From Bacteroidales bacterium UBA1757 (GTDB taxonomy: Bacteria > Bacteroidota > Bacteroidia > Bacteroidales > UBA1402), in assembly GCA_002315625.1 (NCBI GenBank), contig DCHH01000010.1:4768-51835 (forward strand): 47,068 nucleotides of DNA, given 5' to 3'. The notes below the pieces were generated by a model, which saw only the letters and a program-made list of their open reading frames with translations, ran no database searches and was not told where the DNA came from. A program made the translations under genes and the position numbers. Below, piece after piece: positions 1 through 8,253 of the stretch. How positions within the stretch are numbered: position 1 is the first letter of the stretch; every line of letters begins with the position of its first letter.

Positions 1-128
1 TTGGGGTTGGGATGTATCTGGTCAATGGGTATCTCGCTGATTGACGAGGACCCGACAGTGCGGATTTCTTCGGTATTGATGAGGGCATCCAACCCTCTTC
101 CGAGATTGTTTCTTGTCGGTTTTGCCAT
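1..128 (-). CDS. parB: ParB/Spo0J chromosome partitioning protein, N-terminal part (runs off window)
   Basis: Manual translation from ATG at 128 gives MAKPTRNNLGRGLDALINTEEIRTVGSSSISEIPIDQIHPNP. LGRGLDAL is the ParA-activating N-terminal motif, and the gene lies directly downstream of parA. Confidence 0.95.
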   Translation of the reverse strand, partial: MAKPTRNNLGRGLDALINTEEIRTVGSSSISEIPIDQIHPNP

Positions 129-138
129 AATGGTATGA

Positions 139-924
139 TTATTTGCCTTCAGGAGTAGCAGGTTTGTTCTTTTCTATGATTTCAAGGGCCAGCTGGATGT
201 GATCGACGGCACCGCGTGAGGTGGCATCAAACAGCAGGGCGGGCTCTCCGTGCGATGGGGCAACGCTAAGCGTGACATTGCGCTGTATCATGGTGTTGAA
301 CACCAGATGCTGGAAATGGCGCTTTACCTCGTCTGCGACCTGCTTGGCCGAGCGGAGACGGGCATCGTACATTGTCAGGAGGAATCCTTCGATTTCAAGC
401 GACGGATTCAGATGCCCTTTGATTATCTTAATGGTATTCAGCAGCTTGCTGATTCCTTCAAGTGCAAAGTATTCACATTGGACAGGTATGAGAACAGAGT
501 CGGCGGCCGTCAGGCAGTTGACGGTTATCAGGCCAAGTGAAGGTGAACAGTCTATCAGGATGAAGTCGTAGCATTCGCGCAGCGGGGCAACCAGCTTGCG
601 GAGTATCTGTTCACGCTCCGGCAATTGAATCATTTCCAGTTCGGCGCCGACAAGGTCGATGTGGGAGGGGAGTACATCGAGGAATTCAATCTCGGTGTGG
701 CAGATTGCCTTTTTCGCCTCCACATTGTCAATCATGCACTCGTATATTGTGTTTTCAAGGCTTCGGACGTCAATGCCCAAGCCAGAAGAGGCATTAGCCT
801 GCGGGTCGGCATCAATCAGGAGGACTTTCTTCTCTTGTGCGGCCAGTGATGCGGCCAGGTTGATTGAGGTGGTGGTCTTGCCCACGCCACCTTTCTGGTT
901 GGCTATTGCAATGATTTTGCTCAT
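139..924 (-). CDS. parA: ParA/Soj family ATPase
   Basis: Deviant Walker [36 protein letters not shown]. Confidence 0.97.
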   Translation of the reverse strand: MSKIIAIANQKGGVGKTTTSINLAASLAAQEKKVLLIDADPQANASSGLGIDVRSLENTIYECMIDNVEAKKAICHTEIEFLDVLPSHIDLVGAELEMIQLPEREQILRKLVAPLRECYDFILIDCSPSLGLITVNCLTAADSVLIPVQCEYFALEGISKLLNTIKIIKGHLNPSLEIEGFLLTMYDARLRSAKQVADEVKRHFQHLVFNTMIQRNVTLSVAPSHGEPALLFDATSRGAVDHIQLALEIIEKNKPATPEGK

Positions 925-949
925 TTTTCTTTGAAGTGTTTTAAGTTTG

Positions 950-957
950 CAAAGTTA
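950..957 (-). promoter_or_regulatory. Bacteroidota -7 promoter box (TAACTTTG) for parAB
   Basis: Exact TAnnTTTG match about 25 nt upstream of the parA start. Confidence 0.65.
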
Positions 958-1061
958 GCTTTTTATCGGTGGAATAGCAAGCACGGAGCAAAAAGTTTTT
1001 GAGCAATTAGCGGCGCGGAGAATAAAAATAAGGAAGATTGTGAAAAGTTATCGGATTTTGT

Positions 1062-1069
1062 TAGCTTTG
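1062..1069 (+). promoter_or_regulatory. -7 promoter box (TAGCTTTG) for esterase-GH43
   Basis: TAnnTTTG match 37 nt upstream of the GTG start at 1107. Confidence 0.6.
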
Positions 1070-1106
1070 TGTCGGATAATCCAATAACTCATTCAATTAC
1101 AATATT

Positions 1107-2681
1107 GTGAAAAAAATTCAGCTCTTTCTGACCCTTTGTCTGGCCGGGTGGTTGGTTTCCTGCACCCTGTCCAAAGAGGTTAAGTTACCGGCCATACTGA
1201 GTGATGGCGTTGTTTTCCAGCATGGAATCGAAATTACCATTTGGGGATGGGCTGACCCCCATTCAAAGGTAATTGTCGAGTGGCAGGGCAAGACCCATGC
1301 CGTCCTGTCAAATGGTAAGGGAGAGTGGACTCTGATCCTCGACCCCTTGGAGCCTGGCGGACCATACACCATGAAAGTGAATGACATTGAGGTGAATGAC
1401 ATCCTCATTGGCAACGTCTATTTCTGTTCGGGACAGTCCAATATGGAACTTCCCATCAGACGCTGTATGGATGTGGTGGCCGAGTATGTGAAGGACTATG
1501 CAAATCCCAACATTCATTATGTGAAGATTCCTTTGACCTACAATTTCGAAGGACCGGCCTCTGATGTCCGTAGTGCTGACTGGCAAGCTCTTACACCGGA
1601 GGCGGCACAGCAGTGGGGGGCTCTCTGCTACTTCATTGCAAAGGGAATGTACGAGCAGACCGGTATTCCTGTCGGTATCATCAATTCATCTGTGGGAGGC
1701 TCTCCCGTTGAAGCCTGGATGCGCGAGGGAATCCTGATAAATAAGGATTTGGAGACTTATTGGAGTACCACCCAGAACAAAGCGTGGCTGGATTCAATCA
1801 GGTATTTCAATGCTCATGTCTATAGCGACTGGCAGGAACTGCACAACTCCATGCCAGAGAACAAGGATGCTAAGTGGGAGAAAGTTGATGTTTTTTCACG
1901 TGACTGGGCTGTCGATTCCGAGGGGAAGGCATTGTGCGGAAGTCACTATTTCCGTCATAATATCCGTCTGACCGACTCCCAGGCGGCATCTGATGCCATA
2001 TTGCACCTCGGCGCTCTTGTTGATGCCGACTCGGTCTTTGTGAACGGACAGTATGTGGGCAATACGACTTACATGTATCCCCCACGTAATTATAAGGTGC
2101 CGGCATCTGTCCTGAAGGCTGGTGACAACATTATCGACATTCATCTCTATGTCTGCAATGGCGCTCCCGGACAGTTTGTGGCTGACAAGGAGTACAGTCT
2201 TGAAACATCATGCGGCAGCGTGTCGCTGCTTGAAGGATGGGAACACCGTGACGGTCGCCGTATGCCTCCCCGTCCTGGCGAGGTCTTCCTCCAGTACAAG
2301 GCTGTGGGGCTGTACAACGGTATGGTAGCCCCGTTCCTGAAGCTTAAGCACAGCGGCTTTGTCTGGTATCAGGGTGAGTCGAATGTCGGTGACAAGGATT
2401 ATAGGGAGAAACTGCTCCGGATGATTGCTGACTGGCGCAAGGCATTCGGTTCTTCGCAGGATTTCTATATCGTGGAACTGGCAAGCTTTGAGCACTCCGA
2501 GCTTCACACCGCCGAGGACAATGGCTGGGTGGCTATGCAGGACCTTCAGCGACAGATTGCAAGCGAGGAAAAGGGTGTCTATCTGATTCCAAACCGTGAC
2601 CTTGGCGAGTGGAACGACATCCATCCGCAGGACAAGAAAACACTGGGCGAGAGGGCAGTCAACGTCATTCTGAACCATTGA
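1107..2681 (+). CDS. Sialate O-acetylesterase (SASA/SGNH) family carbohydrate esterase, probable lipoprotein
   Basis: CSGQSNMEL (Ser block), VGGSPVEAW, WYQGESN, DIHP (Asp-His); lipobox-like LVSC; GTG start. Confidence 0.9.
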   Translation: MKKIQLFLTLCLAGWLVSCTLSKEVKLPAILSDGVVFQHGIEITIWGWADPHSKVIVEWQGKTHAVLSNGKGEWTLILDPLEPGGPYTMKVNDIEVNDILIGNVYFCSGQSNMELPIRRCMDVVAEYVKDYANPNIHYVKIPLTYNFEGPASDVRSADWQALTPEAAQQWGALCYFIAKGMYEQTGIPVGIINSSVGGSPVEAWMREGILINKDLETYWSTTQNKAWLDSIRYFNAHVYSDWQELHNSMPENKDAKWEKVDVFSRDWAVDSEGKALCGSHYFRHNIRLTDSQAASDAILHLGALVDADSVFVNGQYVGNTTYMYPPRNYKVPASVLKAGDNIIDIHLYVCNGAPGQFVADKEYSLETSCGSVSLLEGWEHRDGRRMPPRPGEVFLQYKAVGLYNGMVAPFLKLKHSGFVWYQGESNVGDKDYREKLLRMIADWRKAFGSSQDFYIVELASFEHSELHTAEDNGWVAMQDLQRQIASEEKGVYLIPNRDLGEWNDIHPQDKKTLGERAVNVILNH

Positions 2682-2719
2682 GTGAAATAACCTTATCCAA
2701 TAACAAACATTACTTTACT

Positions 2720-3706
2720 ATGGCAATTAAAGAGAAAAAACGCTACCTCTTTCCAGAGGATTACATGGCCGATCCGAGTGTGCACGTATGGGACGGCAAG
2801 TTGTTCATTTACCCGTCGCACGACTGGGAAAGCGGCATCCCCGAGGATGACTTCGGGAGCCATTTCGACATGAAGGACTACCACGTCCTCTCACTCGAAG
2901 GTCCCGACCCAATGACCTCTCCAATCAAGGACTGGGGCAATGTCCTCGACAAGAAAGACATTCTGTGGCACGGCCGTCAGCTGTGGGACTGTGACGTGGC
3001 CCGCAAGGGTGGCAAGTATTACATGTATTTCCCGATGAAGGACCAGACCGACATCTTCCGCTTCGGTGTTGCAATTGCAGACAACCCTGGAGGGCCGTTC
3101 ATCCCGCAGCCCAAGCCCATGAACGGAAGCTATTCGATTGATGTTTGTGTCCTTGAGGACAATGGAGAATACTATTTCTATTTTGGTGGTATATGGGGCG
3201 GACAGCTTCAGCGCTATCGTGACAACAAGGCACTTGACACTGGTTCGACCTTCCCCGCTGACGACGAGCCGGCAATCCCAGCCCGTGTAGCCCGTCTCAG
3301 CAGTGACATGCTGGAGTTTGCAGAGGCTCCGAGGCCCGTTGTCGTTGTTGACAAGGATGGCAAACCGCTTACATCAGCCGATCCCCACCGCTTCTTCGAG
3401 GCCAGCTGGGTGCACAAATACAACGGCAAGTACTATTTCTCCTATTCGACCGGCGACAAGCACCATATATGCTATGCCATTGGAGACAACCCCTACGGAC
3501 CGTTCACATACGCCGGAGAGATTTTGACCCCGGTTGTGGGTTGGACCACTCACCACAGCATAGTTGAGTACAATGGCAAATGGTGGCTCTTCCATCACGA
3601 CAGTGTGCCCAGCGGCGGACGTACATGGCTGCGCAGCCTTAAGGTGTGTGAGCTTCACTACAACCCCGACGGAACCATCCAGACCATCGAAGGATTGGAT
3701 GATTAG
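2720..3706 (+). CDS. Glycoside hydrolase family 43 beta-xylosidase/alpha-arabinofuranosidase (GH43_1-like, no signal peptide)
   Basis: YMADPS, YPSHD, YSID, GGIWGGQLQ, RFFEASW, GWTTHHSI. Start moved to ATG 2720 (MAIKEKK). Confidence 0.92.
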   Translation: MAIKEKKRYLFPEDYMADPSVHVWDGKLFIYPSHDWESGIPEDDFGSHFDMKDYHVLSLEGPDPMTSPIKDWGNVLDKKDILWHGRQLWDCDVARKGGKYYMYFPMKDQTDIFRFGVAIADNPGGPFIPQPKPMNGSYSIDVCVLEDNGEYYFYFGGIWGGQLQRYRDNKALDTGSTFPADDEPAIPARVARLSSDMLEFAEAPRPVVVVDKDGKPLTSADPHRFFEASWVHKYNGKYYFSYSTGDKHHICYAIGDNPYGPFTYAGEILTPVVGWTTHHSIVEYNGKWWLFHHDSVPSGGRTWLRSLKVCELHYNPDGTIQTIEGLDD

Positions 3707-3730
3707 GCGGATTACAAAGTTTGTATATAA

Positions 3731-3765
3731 AAAAGGCCCGTTCCGGTTTTTGGGACGGGCCTTTT
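3731..3765. terminator. Bidirectional intrinsic terminator
   Basis: AAAAGGCCCGTTCC-loop-GGGACGGGCCTTTT between the convergent GH43 and DUF799 genes. Confidence 0.85.
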
Positions 3766-3789
3766 AATATGTTAAGCCTGAGATAGTAA

Positions 3790-4476
3790 TCAGCGCTTGA
3801 CCGTGGTCGAGATATCCTTCTCTGCGGCTTCGTAATCCATATCCATCTGATATTCCGGATGGAACTTGCCGTAAGGAATATCCTGGAAGATGTAGTAGTT
3901 GGCTGCACGGGCGGCTTCGATAGGCTCGGTGACTGCGGTTTTGATAACTGAAGCTGCAAGATTGACCAGCAGTCCGGCCCATCCCTCATTGCTATTGGTT
4001 GTGTAAGCCAGGTCGAGGAAGAGATTGCAGGTACGGTCAAAGATGATGTCGCCGGTCTTGGTCGAACGGATAAAGTAGCGTATGTTGGTCGATATGCCCG
4101 AACCTATTACAGACTTGGTCCATGTCTTGATTTCAGAAAACACTACCGCATCGGCTCCGAAATACTTGGCGAACTTGTCAAGAGGAGCTTCGACAAAGAG
4201 TTCCGCATCATATGCACTTTCAGCCTTCAGGATGTCCATGGCCATCAGCGGGGAAATTACATAGTAGCCTGCTTCAGCCAGCGGGCGGCTAATGGAGGTG
4301 TAAAGCAGTTCCTTAGCCTCGACAGTCGAACTGTTGTTGATAGGAGGCATGATAAGGAGCGTGACGGGTTTCTCCTCAAACATCTTTGCGTACTGTGACG
4401 AACGGGTATATTTGGGTGTACCGCAGGAGGTGAGCAACAGGCAAAGCGCCAGAGTTACATATAGAATCTTTTTCAT
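3790..4476 (-). CDS. DUF799 (GNA1162-like) lipoprotein
   Basis: Lipobox LLTSC; TLLIMPPIN, PLAEAGYYV and FGADAV motifs; last gene of the CsgG operon. Confidence 0.8.
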   Translation of the reverse strand: MKKILYVTLALCLLLTSCGTPKYTRSSQYAKMFEEKPVTLLIMPPINNSSTVEAKELLYTSISRPLAEAGYYVISPLMAMDILKAESAYDAELFVEAPLDKFAKYFGADAVVFSEIKTWTKSVIGSGISTNIRYFIRSTKTGDIIFDRTCNLFLDLAYTTNSNEGWAGLLVNLAASVIKTAVTEPIEAARAANYYIFQDIPYGKFHPEYQMDMDYEAAEKDISTTVKR

Positions 4477-4485
4477 GACGCCTTA

Positions 4486-4935
4486 TTATTTGATTTTCTT
4501 AATGATTGGTTCCAGGAACTTGGCAGACTCCGGATAGTTGGCCACTTCCATTTCGAACATTTTCTGTGCCCTTTCACGGAAGAAGGAAGAGTAGTCACCG
4601 CTTACACCGAAAACCTTTTTCTGGTTGTCTGTAGCGGTGTTGGCAAATGTAGAGGCCGTCTCGGGTTGAAACAGCATATAGCCATATTCGGCACAGATTC
4701 CGGGAGGGGGTACCTGACGGTCGCCGCCGGGAGATGTGACCATCTGCTCGTAGAGGCAGAGCAGGGCACACAGGGACTCGGGCGAAAGCTTTTTGTAGTT
4801 GTTATATGAAAGATGCTCGTATTCAGTGGCGTAGTTGTAGTATTCCCCCCAATTGTAGAGATTATACACTTTGTGTGATGTGCCGCATGACGTGAGCAGA
4901 AGCGCTGCAAGGAGCGCAATTGTCAGTTTCTTCAT
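4486..4935 (-). CDS. DUF4810 family lipoprotein
   Basis: Lipobox LLTSC; LYNWGEY, VPPGICAEYGYML, E..YPES motifs. Confidence 0.8.
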   Translation of the reverse strand: MKKLTIALLAALLLTSCGTSHKVYNLYNWGEYYNYATEYEHLSYNNYKKLSPESLCALLCLYEQMVTSPGGDRQVPPPGICAEYGYMLFQPETASTFANTATDNQKKVFGVSGDYSSFFRERAQKMFEMEVANYPESAKFLEPIIKKIK

Positions 4936-5282
4936 AATTCAATGACTCTGTTTTCGCCGGTGGAGAGGAAGAGCTTCTTGCTGTAGATTTCCTGACCATT
5001 GGATGTTACCTTCACCTCATGCGTGCCCGGAGTCAGCTTTATAGTGTTGGCTGCAGTCTTCTTGATGTCTTTTTTGTTTTTGAATTTGACCTTATTGACG
5101 GCTTCGATGTTATAGACGGAACCGTCGTCGAGGGTTACCGTAATGGGCATCGTCTTGGCATCAGTGCTGTAGGTGAACGAAATCTGGCATTCGTCGGCAC
5201 GGCCTCCGGAGTTTGAGTAGTTACCTACGCCGCAGCTGGTGAAAATCAATGCCGTAACGAGTATGTAAAATAACTTTTTCAT
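4932..5282 (-). CDS. Hypothetical small beta-rich lipoprotein (PEGA/Ig-like tail LTPGTHEVKV)
   Basis: Lipobox IFTSC; stop overlaps the DUF4810 start by 4 nt. Confidence 0.75.
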   Translation of the reverse strand: MKKLFYILVTALIFTSCGVGNYSNSGGRADECQISFTYSTDAKTMPITVTLDDGSVYNIEAVNKVKFKNKKDIKKTAANTIKLTPGTHEVKVTSNGQEIYSKKLFLSTGENRVIEL

Positions 5283-5299
5283 AGCGGTATGGGATTAAA

Positions 5300-6178
5300 T
5301 TATTTGTCTGAAATGTAATAGTTTGCAAGGTTGTCGGCCGACAGGGGTTCGCCCGTGTAGGAGCAGAACGAAATCTCGGTCTCGGGGGTATCGCCTATAG
5401 ACATCTGCACGCTGACAGTTCCGATCTGTTTGCCCGGAAGTTCGATCATCATTCCGGTCTGCGGATTCTTCACGCTTTTGCCTTTCTGATAGACGTTGAA
5501 CTTGTCGTTGACGGCAAGTCCCTGGCTGGCACCGCCGGAAATGATGTACTGACCGTCCTGGATATCAAGGATATATGAACGCCACGGAGCATCCATGCAC
5601 TTGTTGATGATATTCTCGACGAGTTGTCCCAAAGCCATTGAGATAGCCTTGTCGCTAAGGGTGGCATCGTAGCCGGAAGTACCGCCTATACCCAGTGTGG
5701 TTTTGGATGTGGTCTCGGCATATCCCTTGGCTTCGTCTGAGTAGATGATAAGACCTGACGAAGCGTCAACCAGACGGATGCTGACACCAGCCTCGACGGT
5801 CTGGGTCTTGGTCGATGAGAATACCTGCTCGTGTCCTTCGTTCTTGCGTCCGAACTCTGTGATGGAACCGAGGATTATGTAGTCGGCGCCTATCTTGGAC
5901 ATTTCTGCGCCTTTTTCAGCTACGAGGACGTCAAGGTCTTCTCTTTCAAGGAGTATGAACTTGCCGCTTGTGGCCAGCTTTGAGGAGAGAATGTCGAGAG
6001 CCTGTTTGCGCATGGGGTCGTTTTCCTTGTCGTAGAAAATGCCTTTACCGTAGGAGGTTTCGTTCGAGAAACGGCCAATAGCGACTTTGCGTTTGATGGT
6101 CTTGTCCTGGGCAAAGGTCGGAGCGGCGATGAGCAATGTCAGCCCAACCATAACGATGGTCTTGATTGATTGTTTCAT
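5300..6178 (-). CDS. CsgG/HfaB family protein with additional C-terminal beta domain
   Basis: KVAIGRFSN, SGKFILLERE, GADYIILGSITEFGR, IRLVDASSG; SPI-type signal peptide (TFA-QD). Confidence 0.82.
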   Translation of the reverse strand: MKQSIKTIVMVGLTLLIAAPTFAQDKTIKRKVAIGRFSNETSYGKGIFYDKENDPMRKQALDILSSKLATSGKFILLEREDLDVLVAEKGAEMSKIGADYIILGSITEFGRKNEGHEQVFSSTKTQTVEAGVSIRLVDASSGLIIYSDEAKGYAETTSKTTLGIGGTSGYDATLSDKAISMALGQLVENIINKCMDAPWRSYILDIQDGQYIISGGASQGLAVNDKFNVYQKGKSVKNPQTGMMIELPGKQIGTVSVQMSIGDTPETEISFCSYTGEPLSADNLANYYISDK

Positions 6179-6233
6179 AGATTTGGTATTAAAGGGTAAT
6201 AAAAATCAGTTTTGAGCAATGTCTATTAAACTG

Positions 6234-6241
6234 CAAATATA
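6234..6241 (-). promoter_or_regulatory. -7 promoter box (TATATTTG) for the CsgG operon
   Basis: TAnnTTTG match on the minus strand 55 nt upstream of ATG 6178. Confidence 0.6.
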
Positions 6242-6312
6242 CAAAAAAAAGGGATTGTGAAGGTTTGCACACTTTTTTTCACCAAAATATGGGCGTGCCT
6301 ATGGATTTTGGT

Positions 6313-6320
6313 TATCTTTG
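6313..6320 (+). promoter_or_regulatory. -7 promoter box (TATCTTTG)
   Basis: Consensus match 13 nt upstream of ATG 6334. Confidence 0.7.
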
Positions 6321-6333
6321 CGAAAATTGAGAA

Positions 6334-6756
6334 ATGGATATGAAAGTACTTAAGAAGATTGGCATCTGGGCTGCCGTTATCGTGGTGGCTATTCTTGCTG
6401 TTGTGGTGTATATAAGGTATTACTTTGTCTTCGGTGAAGGAGTAAAGGCTGGTGAACTGAACCAGGTTATGTACAAAGGCTGGGTATGGAAGACTTACGA
6501 AGGAAGAATAATCCAGACGGGCTTCCGCGGGTCTAAGACCGGCAGCGGAATCCAGTCGAACGAGTTCGAGTTCTCAGTGACCGACAAGGCTGTTGCCGAT
6601 TCCCTGATGCGCTGTGGCGGAAAAATGGTTGAGCTCCACTACAAAGAGTACCGCCATCCCCTTCCATGGAGAGGCATGCAAAACAAGGTTGTCGATCAGA
6701 TTCTTTCCGTCAGCGCGGCTGACAACTCTACAATACTTCCCGTCACCCCCGAATAA
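6334..6756 (+). CDS. Conserved hypothetical membrane-anchored protein
   Basis: N-terminal TM helix, then a beta-rich domain (GELNQVMYKGWVWKTYEG, FEFSV, VELHYKE); has its own promoter. Confidence 0.8.
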   Translation: MDMKVLKKIGIWAAVIVVAILAVVVYIRYYFVFGEGVKAGELNQVMYKGWVWKTYEGRIIQTGFRGSKTGSGIQSNEFEFSVTDKAVADSLMRCGGKMVELHYKEYRHPLPWRGMQNKVVDQILSVSAADNSTILPVTPE

Positions 6757-6780
6757 TATTCACAAATTAAAATTGAACAA

Positions 6781-8175
6781 ATGGCTTCAACTAACGAGCA
6801 GAACGGCTATTACAAGCTGAGTTGGATGCAGCGCATCGGCTTCGGTTCCGGTGACCTTGCACAGAACCTAATTTTCCAGACGGTTGCATGTTTCTTAATG
6901 CTGTATCTCACTACAGTATTGAAAATCAGCCCTGCATTTGTCAGCGGGTTGATTCTCGGAGTACGTCTTCTCGACTGCTTCTGGAGTCCGGTGGTTGGTA
7001 AATACATCGACAACCATAACCCCAAGCTCGGCAAGTACCGTACCTACCTCCTTTTCGGCGGTATTCCTCTTACCGTGGCTGCATGTCTTCTGATGCTCCC
7101 CGCCGCAGCTACATGGTCCATGGGTGCGAAAATAGCCTATGCCACGGTCAGCTACACACTTCTGAGCATGATTTACTCCGTGGTCAATATCCCCTACGGT
7201 TCGATTATGGCCAGTATGACCCGCGACAACGACGAGGTCCTGATTCTGACTTCTACGAGAATGGTTTGCGCCAATATCGGTCAGATTGTTGTCCAGGCTG
7301 GTTTCCCGATTGGTCTGGCCCTGATAGTGGGTATTGCCGTTGACTGGAACCAGGCTGTCTTCATGGCAATCGGTACGATTCCGGCTTTCATCATCCTCCC
7401 CTCTCTTCCTTTTTTAAAGAAACTGTTCGGCAAGAAGGGACTATACTACCTGCTCTTGTCAGTGGGCCTTGTAGGTTTTATTGCACTGTTTATCATCGGC
7501 AAGTTCTTTGATGTCGAAAACTGCAAGCTGTTGATTCAGATTGCCAAGATTATGACTGGCGTCGGACTCCTGGTCGGTTCGCTGATGTGGGCTCTAGTTC
7601 CCGAAGTTATCACCGAAGCCGAGTATCGTACCGGTAACAGACCCGCTGCAACCGTCAATGCTCTTGCCGGTGTCGCCTTCAAGGCTGGTTTCTCTATCGC
7701 CGGATGGATTACTCCTTTGGTAATGGGTGCAATCGGCTTTAACCTGGCAAGTGAATCGTCGGCTCTGCCAACTGATCCGAAAGCCTGGTTTTTGGTTACC
7801 TGTATTTTTGCCGTCGTAGGTTTCTTTTTGCTGACCCTGTGCTTCCTTGGCAGCAAGGAAAATATTACTACCACGCCTGAGAAGCCGGTTTCATTCGGTG
7901 AAATGTGGGCAGAGTTCAAGGCAAACAAATGCCTTCAGCTTGTCCTTAGCATTTTCGTGGTTGTCTTCCTCGCATCATTTATCAGTGCTCCGGTTAACGC
8001 CTACTATACTCATCTGAACGATTATTCACCAATTGCTCAGAATGCAATTCTCTGGTTCACAACTATTATTCCCGCAATTCTTCTTATAGTTGTCGGATAC
8101 CTTGTCTATAGATATCCCCTTACCGACGAGAAACTTGACGAAATCAACAAGGCTATCGCTGAGCGTACAGCCTGA
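6781..8175 (+). CDS. Glycoside-pentoside-hexuronide (GPH, MelB-like) MFS sugar transporter with apparently permuted helix order
   Basis: RIGFGSGD, GKYRTY, NIPYGS, EYRTGNR, YPLTDE; 12 hydrophobic segments. See findings. Confidence 0.9.
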   Translation: MASTNEQNGYYKLSWMQRIGFGSGDLAQNLIFQTVACFLMLYLTTVLKISPAFVSGLILGVRLLDCFWSPVVGKYIDNHNPKLGKYRTYLLFGGIPLTVAACLLMLPAAATWSMGAKIAYATVSYTLLSMIYSVVNIPYGSIMASMTRDNDEVLILTSTRMVCANIGQIVVQAGFPIGLALIVGIAVDWNQAVFMAIGTIPAFIILPSLPFLKKLFGKKGLYYLLLSVGLVGFIALFIIGKFFDVENCKLLIQIAKIMTGVGLLVGSLMWALVPEVITEAEYRTGNRPAATVNALAGVAFKAGFSIAGWITPLVMGAIGFNLASESSALPTDPKAWFLVTCIFAVVGFFLLTLCFLGSKENITTTPEKPVSFGEMWAEFKANKCLQLVLSIFVVVFLASFISAPVNAYYTHLNDYSPIAQNAILWFTTIIPAILLIVVGYLVYRYPLTDEKLDEINKAIAERTA

Positions 8176-8194
8176 AAAGAGGATAATCTCTAAA

Positions 8195-8238
8195 ATAAAA
8201 AGGACCGCTGCGAGTATTTTCGAGCGGTCCTTTTTTAT
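8195..8238. terminator. Bidirectional intrinsic terminator
   Basis: AAAAAGGACCGCT...AGCGGTCCTTTTTT between the convergent transporter and potD. Confidence 0.85.
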
Positions 8239-8253
8239 GGAGTTACGGGTAGG

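Noticed and set aside
1892-1907. Possible parS site near parAB (TTTTTCACGTGACTGG)
   Set aside because: Only 11/16 match to TGTTTCACGTGAAACA, the right arm is broken, and it lies inside a CDS.
2609-2719. Upstream in-frame extensions in the ORF track (GH43, potC, OMP, phosphatase, argH, pyrE, ispH, cmk, ispA)
   Set aside because: They overlap neighbouring genes or promoters; downstream ATGs fit family N-termini better.
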